64,000 nt of DNA, from assembly GCF_006345805.1 (NCBI RefSeq), contig NC_042998.1:166904001-166968000 (forward strand), read 5' to 3'. Below the pieces are notes generated by a model. That model saw only the letters and a list, made by a program, of their open reading frames with translations, was not told the DNA's origin and searched no databases. Positions 25,931 through 38,190 of the stretch are shown here, piece by piece. This DNA is from Octopus sinensis (lineage: Eukaryota). Both the position numbers and the translations under genes were made by a program. The number at the start of each line of letters is the position of its first letter. Positions within the stretch are counted from its first letter, which is position 1.

Positions 25931-26057
25931 TCAATCTGCTTTCATCCACGGCATTGTACAGCCGAAAAAGAAATTTCCGAAAACAATAATCTCCATTTCC
26001 ACGTCTGTATAAATATAAATAAACTAACATTTGTTTTTTATAAGCGCCGAAATGTGT

Positions 26058-26517
26058 ATTGTAAGATACAAATATGATGATAATTTATTTTCGAACGCAG
26101 AGATGACGTTGGAACAGCAGAAACATTAGGTAAATTATTCTTACAAAGCGGAAAAAATTATCCACAAGCAGCTATGGGACTCGAACTTACATCTCTTGAA
26201 GCCTCTTGTCAAGTGCTTTACCATTAAGCTAAACTGCCCGCCGACAAAGTAATCCGTAAAAAAAGTGTATGTTTATATTTATATATACGTGGTTGTACAC
26301 TTAGCTTTAAAGCGTCTAAAAAGCGGATTAATTTGTCGGCGAGCAGTTTAACTTAATGGTAATTCACCGGAATCTTCAAGAGATTGAGGTTCGAGTCCTA
26401 TGGCTGTTCGTTGACACATTTTTTCGCTTTGTAAGGGTAATTTACTCAATGTTTCTACTATTCTAACGGCGTCTCTGCATTCGAAAATGAATTATCATCA
26501 TATTTGTATGTAACAAT
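26058..26517. repeat. Palindrome of two divergently oriented tRNA-like units (about 195-bp arms, 67-nt spacer)
   Basis: 26058-26256 is the imperfect reverse complement of 26324-26517; each arm has an A box (t[a/g]gcttaatggt-like) and a B box (gttcgagtcc). Confidence 0.85.
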
Positions 26518-26891
26518 CTCCAATTCGTTTCGAAATCCTCATCCTTTGTAGGAAGGTTTCTGAGTTTGAATATTACAGTGTCCGTATATATTTCCTTGAT
26601 CCCATCATCCGCCAGAGTCTCGCACTTCATCTTTCACTTACTAGATTACATGACAAAATCTCCACACGCGAGCGAACCAGCAGGAGAATAGGCGTAGACA
26701 AAGAGTAAAATGGTTGGATAATGACCATAAACTCAGCTGGTCACGCCCGGGAATCCAGCAGAATTTTTATTGAACCCCCATTTTTATTGAACTCCTGATA
26801 TTTTTATTGAATTCCTAATACTTTTGGTTTAATATTTTTTCAAGATATTTCCTGTTAACTGTTTTTAACATTTTCTTATTATTATCAAAGA

Positions 26892-26970
<79 letters not shown>

Positions 26971-27109
26971 TACTTTTGTGACAACCAGAACTTAACACAA
27001 CAAAGCTTATACAAAGCTTCACATTTAACTTTTGACAATCTTTTTCTAAAAAAGTGAAACCGGTCAAGTGAATAAACATCTTTAAAATTGCATTTTCAAA
27101 CCCTCTTTC

Positions 27110-27145
<36 letters not shown>

Positions 27146-28104
27146 TCTAATTTTGAAATTAATTTTTAAAACTAAATCAATCCCATTTTGATACAGAATA
27201 TATACACTCCTTTTATAACACTCCATTTGTGCATACACCCAGAAACCTAAAATAACATAATATAAAATACCTACGTTTGAAGCAGAATTGAAGAAATATT
27301 TATAAACACATAGCCCACAAACTCTTTCTCAATAGCACACGGGTTAAAATATCTACATATTAATCAAATTGCTAATAGAACACTGAAATTCTAAAGGGAC
27401 ACATGCAACCTTTACATCTAGCCACGTCTTCTTGTGAACATCAAAGTACAAGATAAACAAATTTCTAAATTAATTACATCATGAAATGTCCAGCTATTAA
27501 CCCCGACCTTCCAAATAAAAACAGGAAAGACCCTAAATAATAAGTAAAAAAATCTGACCAGCTAAAATATTCCACCTAATTACATTCTTTTGTGAACCTC
27601 TGAAAAAGTCCATCGCAAAAAAAGCTGACACACCCAATTACTAAGTTTTAAAATATTTGACTAAATTTTTAACCTTTAACCTTTATATTGTCAAAGCAAG
27701 GGATTAAATCCAAAATAAATAAATAAATAGAACTACTGACATATCCTATACCTCCCAACCAAAATGAACCCACCTAAATATTCACATCTGCTCAGAAGGT
27801 TCTACATATATGAATAAATTCATAAAGGTGCTGCGTCAGCATGGCCATAGTCAAATGACTGAAACAAGTAAAATAGTAAAAAAGTTAAAGAATATAACCC
27901 CTGATTTAATCAATAAAAGTTCCTCCATCACAACCCACCTTGCAACCTAATTACCATTCCACCCAAACCCACATCCCCAAACAACATGATTTTTAACTCA
28001 AGAGAGACTATATAAAGTCAAGATTAACTTCAATGTATCGCAATCCGACGATGGCTTAAATGGTCGAAACTTCGAAGACACTATCAATATCATTCTTGTT
28101 CAAG

Positions 28105-28197
<93 letters not shown>

Positions 28198-28199
28198 TA

Positions 28200-29490
28200 C
28201 GAGGGCGTTCAATAAGTAATGCCCCTGACCCACTTCCCATAGCAGTAGAGTAACGAAACTTGGCACAGTTATTAGTCTTTTTCTACATAGGAACCACTCA
28301 GAGTTACGCATTTCTCACATCGTTTGATGCAGCTCTGAAGACCGTTTTTGTAGAAGACCCCAGCTTGATCCTTCAACCACGACGTGACTTCAGAAATCAA
28401 GGCTGCATCATCTGGGAAACGCTTTCCTTTCAAAAACAACTTCATGGCTGGGAAGAGGTGAAAATCAGAGGGTGCAAGGTGAGGAGAGTAGGGGGGATTG
28501 GGGGAGGAGTTCATAGCCGCACGCCTGTGCTTCTGATCTGGCGACACGCGAGTTGTGAACCGGAGCGTTGTCCTGCAAGAGGAGTATGCCTTTGCTGATC
28601 TTGCCCCGCCTCTTGATTTTGATAGCTTCTCTTAATTTCCTCAAAAGTGAAGCATAATAGGCTCCTGTAATTGTGGCACCCTTTGTCAGGAAATCTGTCA
28701 TCAGTACTCCGTCCTGGTCCCAGAAGACTGTGAGCATGATCTTGCCAGCAGAGGGCTGCACCCTTGCCTTCTTTGGAGGAGGTGAGTCACGGTGTGTCCA
28801 CTGCATTGACTGGGCTTTGGTCTCTGGATCATAGTGATGGACCCAGGTTTCATCCTGTGTAATCAGTCTTTTGAAAAATTTTGACTCATCTTCTTGGCAC
28901 ATCTCCAAATTCATCCTCGAGCAATCGACACGTTATTGCTTCTGGAAAGATGTGAGCAACATGGGAATCCATCTGGCAGACACTTTTTGCATATGCAAAT
29001 GGTCATGAATGATAGTTTCCACAGACCCGGTACTAATCTTGACCGCATGGGCTATTTGGCAAATAGTTATGCGTCGATCTTCCAAGATGGCAGCTTCAAC
29101 ATGACGGACAGATGCCTCATCAATGGCAGAAGGGGGCGACCAGATCTGGGAGCTGTTTCCACAGAGTTCCGACCATGTTTGAATTCACGATGCCAGCGTT
29201 TTACAAGGTCATATGATGGGGCATCATCACCATAAGTTACTTTCATTTCATCAAAAGTCTCCCGTGGTGTGCGTCCTTTCAAATACAAAAACCGGATCAC
29301 TGCTCGACACTCAACAGGCTCCATTTCACACTTCACTCAGTTCAAGCACCTGTAAATCAGAAACCACAATTAGTTCAGAGCTGTAATTTGCCACTTAATC
29401 TATAGAGATATAAATAATTGTACATGCAAACTTTCAGCTAGATCAAATAACTGCAAGTGGGTCAGGAGCATACTTAATGAACGCCCCTCG
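28200..29490 (-). mobile_element. Full-length mariner (DD34D, irritans-like) transposon
   Basis: TIRs cgagggcgttcaataagtaatgcccctgacccactt / aagtgggtcaggagcatacttaatgaacgcccctcg; TA on both sides; 1291 bp; inserted in (TA)n. Confidence 0.95.
28272..29336 (-). pseudogene. mariner transposase, frameshifted
   Basis: Three ORF pieces: ECRAVIRFLYLKG (HTH region), ITQDETWVHHYDPE, QDNAPVH, and YSPHLAPSDFHLF. Confidence 0.9.
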
Positions 29491-29516
29491 TATATATACA
29501 TACTATACATATATAT

Positions 29517-29625
<109 letters not shown>

Positions 29626-29810
29626 ATTATATATATATATATACATACATACACACACATATATATATATATACATATACACATACATATATATGTACAC
29701 ACATGCATATATACATACACACACACACATATATCTGTACACATATGTATACATACATACAGATATATACATATATATATATGTGATATATAAATTCTTA
29801 TATATAAATA

Positions 29811-29865
<55 letters not shown>

Positions 29866-30648
29866 GTGTGTATATATATACATGCGTGTAAGTGTGTCTG
29901 TGTGTCTGCCCCTGACTACATTTATGCACAAAATCGTACATAAGCTGCAACATGCAATAAAACGCCAGCACATACTGTCTCTCTCACACACATACACACA
30001 CACAGACATACACACATATATATATATACACCCTTTTCTTCTCCGTAAGTAAATATTCCTTACGTCTATACTGATTATATAATATGTAGTCAAACTTTCT
30101 TTCTGTTACAATCTATGTCAATTATGATTTGTTATCTACTGTTATTTCAAATCAGCTTACAACGGCGTTTTTTTTTTATTTTGTTTCGCATATTTTTTTC
30201 TTATTCTGTTATTCTTTCTTTCTACTGTTTTTTTTTTTTTTTTTTTTTTTTTACTATAGTGTGTTTATAAATTTATATATTACTTTCCTTCCCCCTCATT
30301 TCTTATAAGCTATTATTGCTATTTTTGTTGCCTTTTGTTCCTTTTGTGAGAGTGTGAGTGTGAGGGGGTTATGTGTTTTAATTCTTACGACTTTCGCCCT
30401 CCCAAAATTCCCATGGTTAATTTTTATAGCTGCTTTTTTTTGTTTTGTTTTGTTTTGTTTTGTCTCTAAGTGGGTCACAATCACATTAGTATTACTGGTT
30501 AAGCAAGTTTACTCACTTTGTTGCCTTTCAACCAACTAATCAACACATGTTTGCACAAATGAAAAACTGCACAAACATACATGCACGCACGCACGTAATT
30601 ACGCATAAGCTCACGTACATACACGTACAGACGTCATACACGCACTCT

Positions 30649-30742
<94 letters not shown>

Positions 30743-30934
30743 TTGGTAGAGTTTGCGAATACGTGTATACACACTCATGCACGAACACACAAACACACAT
30801 CTACGTTAGGCACGTATAAAAGACACCGTTAGAAGCATACTTATGAATATTCATCTGTATTTAAAGAGATTGTAATTTAGCCTATACTAGGCAGGTTTAT
30901 GGCCTACCTCCCTATTTATTTATCTGTTAGTTAG

Positions 30935-31040
<106 letters not shown>

Positions 31041-31920
31041 GTCAGTCTGTCTGTATGTCTGTCTGTCTTTTACTTATTTATCTATCTAGCTGTCAAGTTA
31101 GATATCTTTATAGCAAAAGGTCGCACAGGAGAACAAAGTAGACAAATATCACACCGGAAAACTGCAAAAGGAGAAGAAAAAAAAAACAGAAACGACATGG
31201 ACACACTCATCGTTCATAAGTTATCGACCAAGAATCATCACAATTTTGACGCCATATCAATGGTGTCAGCAACAAAAAGCAGTAAAACTGTAATGAGCGA
31301 ACATGAAGGATAAGTATGACAAGTACGAAAAAAAAAAAACAAGGACAAGTTCTCCAGACCAAATGGTGAAAAGAACGAAACAAACGAGAAAATACATGAC
31401 ACGAAAAGTAAGGACAGTAACGAAAACAAATACATATTAAGCACCTAATATTTGTATACACGGAAAGCCTTTCTGCAATACGACAGGCTCAAGACATGAT
31501 GTGCGAAAGTAAGGCTAATTGGAAAGAATGAGGTTCTTTCGGGCTTGGAAAAATATACATAACAAAACAAGATAAACGGAGGTAAATTGTTGAAAGCTTC
31601 TGGCGAGAGAGATCATTCCGTTTCTTTAACGACTCAATACCTGGGTTAGTTCTGGTAGTATTTCTTTCATTTACAATGATTCGAAGTTTTATTCTCAGTT
31701 TGGAATTGTAGCGCATGTAGATTTTCAAGTTTCTTAGTCTAGGTTCCTGTTCTCCTTAGCAATGGTTCTAGAGAGCAGGAATCTCCAGCCACCGGACTGA
31801 GAACCAACCCCGTTCCATAGATCATTTGGTACCGGGACGCACGGAAAGAGTAAACCTTTACATTTATTTGTATTTAATTGACTATCGCAGTCTACAGGAT
31901 GTTTTTGCATTATATATGTA

Positions 31921-32995
31921 CTAGCAGTATCACCCGGTGTTGCTAGGGTTTGTTTCGACCCTTTAGAATTAGAATTTTTGAAAAGTAAAAATTTTGCATT
32001 ATGCAACTTGTTATTCTCTTCAAGTGAACATTTTTCCAGTTGAAATACACCGAAAAATGGTGACACAGCAGTCAAAAATCGTAAAAAATAGGGATTTTCA
32101 TAGAAAAAAAGCACCTTTTTGATGTAAATAATTTTTGGTGTTAACATGGTCCGATTTGAGTTTTATCTTCTACAGAATGAAGAGCAAGCCTTCTTCTATC
32201 ATACTCTCAATTTTGGTCAACTTGCGCTGCAGGGTCCCGAAGGAGATAGTGTAGTTGATGGCTACCAAACCTGCCACACACAGACAACTTCAGCTTTATA
32301 TATATAGATTTGCTACACACTACTTTCCATCCTTAATAATGAAACTTGGTAGCTCCAAAAGTTAAACACACAGACACACACACAAGTTGAGTTTTATATA
32401 TATAGATTTCTCAACGGGGATTTCAGGGGAAAGTTTCAGGGAGTCGTGATGATCAAAAATCCGGCCTGCTAAAATTTGGTTAAAGTGATTTAAACTGCAG
32501 ACTCAACGCAAAATGGTCACATTTAATTCAAAGCGTTAAAAATCTTATGAAAACAATTGGTATGTGTTCACAAAGTCCAAACGATTAATACGAAAAAACC
32601 CTCCAAGCTACATCCCGAAAATTCATTTCTTTGCCGAATTTCTACAATGTTTACGGCGATTCGTTTTTATATCTCGATTTTTTATTTTTCATGCAATTTA
32701 CGTATGCTTGCACGCGTGGTGAACACAGTTCACGTCAAACAGCTGACTGAGTAAAGTTCACTATTCAATGCATGGGATAAGGCCTAAACAAACACATTAT
32801 CGATTTTTGCACTTGCGAGATGAATTTCGGAACAGAAATAGCACAGTTCAATTTTCATTCGCCTAAACTTTAAGTGATCCATTTTTGGTGGCTCTACGAT
32901 TTGTTGGCTAGGAAGAGATGTGCCGGGAAGTTAAACACACAGACACACACACAGATACACACACAGACACACAAGTTGAACTTTATAAATATAGA
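31921..32995 (-). mobile_element. Composite non-autonomous Helitron: one 3' end, three stacked 5' ends
   Basis: 3' hairpin ccctagcaacaccggg plus CTAG|T ending at 31921; 5' TCTATAT..ATAAA termini at 32308, 32406 and 32995. Confidence 0.8.
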
Positions 32996-34790
32996 TTATA
33001 TATGTATCATATATTTAATATATATGTTTCGTTAAGCACGTGATCTCCCGATCTGAGGAAAAATTGTCCGTAGTACCAAAAACTTTGGGTACTGCTGCTA
33101 TAGAAAATTGAGAACCAGCAGTGACCAGCGAAATAGTCCCCCTGCCGTCCAAAACTCTCGCTTTATAGATTTGAGCCTTAATATCTTGAAGCAGCTTTGA
33201 ACCTATTTCTCTGTTGGAAAAGTGAATATCTTAATTCCAAATAATTTTTCGAAACCGAGTCTTATTAATAAGCGGCCATTGGTGTTGAAGATTTCATTGC
33301 GATTCTGTATGTGCTCCGAATTACATTTGGCATTTGCTAGTCTCGCACAACTTGTGCAATTGAGGTGTGTTTGTATAAAAAACCTGTATCTTGAATTTCA
33401 TTTCTTATGTTGACAGATTGATGTAAAAAACTTCTTTTCCTTTTTTAAATCACGATCGGCATGCAAATGCACTTTGTAGAAAGCTGTAATGTTATAAGAT
33501 GGTGGACAATGTAACCAGAAGATATACTATGGAATCTGTTGATGCATTTTTTAACGTTATTCATATGTTCGTTTTTACTTTTTTTTCAGGACCAGTACAA
33601 TAGTGTAACCATTTACGAATGCTAAAGTTCGTAAAAGACATTCAGCTAGCTAAGTGAACTTTACTGAAAGCAGCAATCACAACGTCTTAATTGTATAGTT
33701 AACATGCAATGAACGATAAGGACTTCTAAGGACAGTTTGTATCGTATTAGTTAAGCGTAATACACAAACATTCCAATAAATATAATTACTTAAAAGTTTC
33801 GGATTCTTGTTTTAGTGTATTACGTCGCATGTGAGAAATGCTTATTGACAGTTAGAGAGTTGGTCTGTCAAAGTGATATCAAGAGAATATGGTAAAATCA
33901 ATTACAGCATCCAAGAAACCCTTCATCTACGATTGCCTACATGTAACAAGATGGAGATTTATGATAGTTATTTTTACCTCTTATCTTTGGTTAAATGAAT
34001 TCTGGTTTGAGGTACTACACCACATTCGTGCTGGGTGTTTAAAATGAGAGCAGATAATGAAAAAGCAGCCGACAATCATAGCGAGGAGTCAAGACACATT
34101 TCAACAATGGAATGTGTTCACTACCACGTGCAACTTATGAAAGGTGACCAATAGATACATTTATGAATCACATGGTCTGAAAGTTGTTGGTTTCTTAAAC
34201 GACAAACTCATTTACACTTTGAATTATCTGAGGGCACTTTTTCATACTCAACAAACCAACCATATTTTGCTTTCAAACCAATGAAATAAACTTTCGAAGG
34301 TATTTAGTTGAAGATTCTTTAGGTCCCATCAATTTTCTAATACTTTGGTCAAACCACTCCATTTCAATACACCGGCAGGGTTCCGCACGATCCATATTTT
34401 GACAGAAATAATTTACCTCAGCACTTATATATATGTCACACATTTGTAGCTTACCTGATACTCATAAACACACACAGCTACGTAAATGAATCTCTTTGAA
34501 ATAATTTTTATTATATAGGCATCTTCTACAAGCAACCGAAACACCCTTCCTTTGTTATGCATAACATAAACGAGTTAATCAATTTTAAACTTCTTAGTTC
34601 ACCACTTTTCTTTCCATTATAGTAAAACTTGCCATGTAGATTCGTTGATATATTTGCTACGCATACTGCACACATGAACATGCTTTTTTTTGCAGTTCCA
34701 CATAGAATCAAAGTAAAATATTAACTTCTATTAAATTTAAGTGAAGTCGCTTTGCACCATCTCTTTAAAAAATTATATTCACATGTGCTC

Positions 34791-35002
34791 TGAGTCACAA
34801 AGACCATCAAGAAGCCCACACGGAAACTTTTGTTATTAAGTAAAGCAAAAATCATATTACAGTCCATGTTCTTATCTATTGTAAATTATCGTTCCTGACT
34901 CAAGTGGTGTGGGAATTAACGCCCCTACATGTAACTCATGTAGCCAATGAAAAAGCGGATCCCGACGAATTCTTGAAGGAAGAGACGAATTTGATTATAA
35001 AA
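34791..35002 (+). promoter_or_regulatory. Candidate Pol II promoter (2 AP-1 sites, CCAAT, TATA)
   Basis: tgagtca 34791, tgactca 34896, agccaatga about 34942, tataaaa 34996; CCAAT-to-TATA spacing about 50 nt. Motif evidence only. Confidence 0.3.
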
Positions 35003-35496
35003 CAAACCTGTCTAATTAATCGAAACTTGATGTAATAGCAAATCACATCAATTAATTGAATATTGTTATACCCTACAGCAGACATGGGCAACTTTTTTCT
35101 AGAAGCAGATCGCATGAGATATAGATCATCATCAGATGGGCCGCATCACTAAAAAATTTAAGGTAATTTTTCGTTAGGTGTGCCATTCAGAAACAACTGC
35201 GTGTCGTAATTTTCCTATGACCGATCTACGGTATGTATTGAGTATTTTAATCGTATTCGTTATAAAAAATGGTGAATATGCAAGTAAGTGTATGTGCATG
35301 CATGAGTAGATAGATAGACAGACAAACAAACAGACAGACAGACAACTATGTATTCAGATTTTGCACCACGAACAAATAGCACAGGTTTTTAATTAAGCCG
35401 AGTATGCTAATTAAGTTTTATTTAACGAAATATAAAGCCACCTGAGTGCAGTAGATGCTTATTATCATTTTTATTATGATGATGATGATGAAAGGA

Positions 35497-35945
35497 GACG
35501 GCGAACTGGCAGAAACGTTAGCACGCCGGGCAAAATGCTTAGTGGCATTATCGTCTTTACGTCCTGAGCTCAAACTCTGCCGAGATCGACTTTGCCTTTC
35601 ATCCTTTCGGGATCGATGAAATAAGTACCAGTTACACACTGGGGTCAATATGATTGACTAGTCCCCTCCCCCACAAATTCTAGGCCTTGTGCCTATAGAA
35701 GAAAGGATTATTATTATTATCATAGGAGACGGCGAAGTGACAGAATCGTCAACACGCCGGGCAAACTACTTAGCTGTATCTTGTCCGTCTTTATGTTCTG
35801 AATTCAAATTCTGCTAGGCCCGACTTTGCCTTACATGCTTTCAGGGTCGATGAAATAAGTACCAGTTTTGCACTGGGATCGATGTAATCGACTAGCCAGC
35901 TCCCCTAAAAGTTCCAGGCCTTGTGCATCCAGTAGAAATGATTAT
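35497..35945 (+). mobile_element. Two head-to-tail SINE family B copies with (ATT)n tails
   Basis: gacggcgaactggcagaa... at about 35497 and gacggcgaagtgacagaa... at about 35728; both carry the gtcgatgaaataagtaccag block. Confidence 0.85.
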
Positions 35946-37927
35946 TATCATAAGAAATATTACTAATGGTTAGTGCCAAATATTTCTAAAATTAGTTTCT
36001 TGAAACGGAATCATTTGCAAATCAACAAATAAGAGTTTACCTGGTCACTTGATGTGTTAGAAATAACAGCCAAATTTCCCTCCTGTCACATTCTAGTGTC
36101 TGAAATAAGTAGATGACACTCTGGTTATGTAACCGTGTTCTGGACTTATCCCTGAAAAGATGGTGTGGCCACGACTAGAATGTCTTCGATGTCATATTTC
36201 TGAGCCTTTAGAACTGCCCTTCGACAAAATAACAACGACAACAACAACAACCACGCCAACAAAGCAACAACAATATTGTCTTGATTTGCGAAAAAACTTT
36301 CGCCTTTGTATTTCCTGTTTAGGTACACATAATGAAACATTTAATACAACACAAAATAATTTAATGAATGTATGATTAAATTAAAACAGATTTATATTTG
36401 GCCACAATTCGATTTACTTTTTGCTATTATCTACATATTGTTTTTTTTAATTTTAAACTATCAAAGAGAAGTGAACAAAAATATAAATAATTTAATAAAG
36501 GAATAATTAAATGAAACGTAATTTATAATCTGTACATATTGGCAAATCTCACACGCAGGGGTTCAATTAAAAAAATTTTACATGCATGCGTAAACATAGA
36601 TAAACGTACATTTATACATTTATGAATGTGGTACGTATGAATACTGACTAATACATACACAAACTTAGACACACACACGCGCGCGCTCACACACATACAC
36701 ACACATACACGCAAACACAAACACGCGCACACACATAAACACATTTATGTATGCCGTATGAAACACAAATGCACTCACTAATATATAATATTCAAATTAG
36801 CTTTATATGTATTTGTTTATGGAGTTGGTGTAATATTTTAAGAAACTTCACGTACATATAGACATGAATTTATATACATAAATCTATCTACATAAATGCA
36901 TATATAATGCACGTGTTATACATACATACATACACACACACACATACATACATACATACATACACACATACACACACACACACATACACACACATATATA
37001 TATATATATATTTACATACATGTACACAATCTGAACAAACTGTTGTCTTTTTATTATACCAAAATCCCAAAATCCTATAGCATCAATAGTAATATTCTTC
37101 GGATTGTGACAGAGAACAAAACTTCACGATAGAAAAACTCCAGAAAGCGCTTTTATTGTCGGCCACTAGCACACAGAAAAAAAAGAAGAAAAAATTAAGA
37201 AAAAGATTATCGGCATAAAAGTTCTCAGAAGGGTTAGATCATGCCAACGTTAGGAAATACAATTGTTGTAACAAAGAACAAACCTTCTTAGCTGATGAAG
37301 AATTCTGGTTAACTACACACCAAAATTTAATAATTAGATTAGGATTTAGGTTTAAGAATACAATTGCCAAAAAAACATGTTCGTATTTCAAAAGCAGAAC
37401 AATGGAAAAAGAGGGTCGAGAGGGAAAGTAAAAAAAACAAAAAAAAACACTTAAGGTACAGCAGACTTTCTCTACAGTTTATATTTTCTCAATTGAAATG
37501 AAACAAATGTACCATGTAGTTTAAGCTTAAGGTGATAGACAAGGTCACAGAAACACTGGAAGCTACTGTTGAAATGTGTATGGTATCGAGTCGTAGGACG
37601 CACAGGGCCGGTTATCCGGTTTCCATGGCATATTAGTTACCAAGATCACAACATTACTCTGTACAGGAGGCCAATCCAAAGCAGAGTTGTTCATTTATAG
37701 CTGAGTGGACAGGAGTAACATAAAATGAAGTATTTTGCAGAAAATCACAATGCACCGCCAGGTCTTTGAGTCAAGACCAAGAATCTTGCGATCCTGATTG
37801 TTGATTCTTTAAGATTCATGATCGCTTTACAGCGTCATAGTTTGTAGGTTATGTTTTTACAATCCAAGAGCAGGTGGTAGCTATAAAATTGAACAAAAGA
37901 TATAGTAAAACGCTAAACTCTCGAAGT

Positions 37928-38190
37928 GTGGAGACACATGGCCTAGTGGTTAGAGCAGTGGTTTGAATCTCAGACCGGGCGATGTGTGCGTTTATGAGCG
38001 AAACACCTAAGCTCTACGCGGCTCCGGCAGAAGGTAATGGTGAACTTCTGCTGACTCTTTCGCCACAACTTTCTCTCACTCTTTCCTCTTGTATCCTGCG
38101 ACGGACCGGCGTCCCGTCCAGGTGGGGAACCTATACGCCAAGGAAACCGGGAAACAGGCCCTTATGAGCCAGGCATGACTCGAGAAGGAA
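37928..38190 (+). mobile_element. SINE family C with V-SINE-like segment
   Basis: tRNA head tggcctagtggttagagcag; cctgcgacggaccggcgtcccgtccagg resembles the V-domain from memory; homologous to 13800-14008. Confidence 0.7.

Noticed and set aside
26170-26410. Functional tRNA genes
   Set aside because: Anticodon arms are irregular and no canonical cloverleaf forms; treated as tRNA-derived repeat arms.
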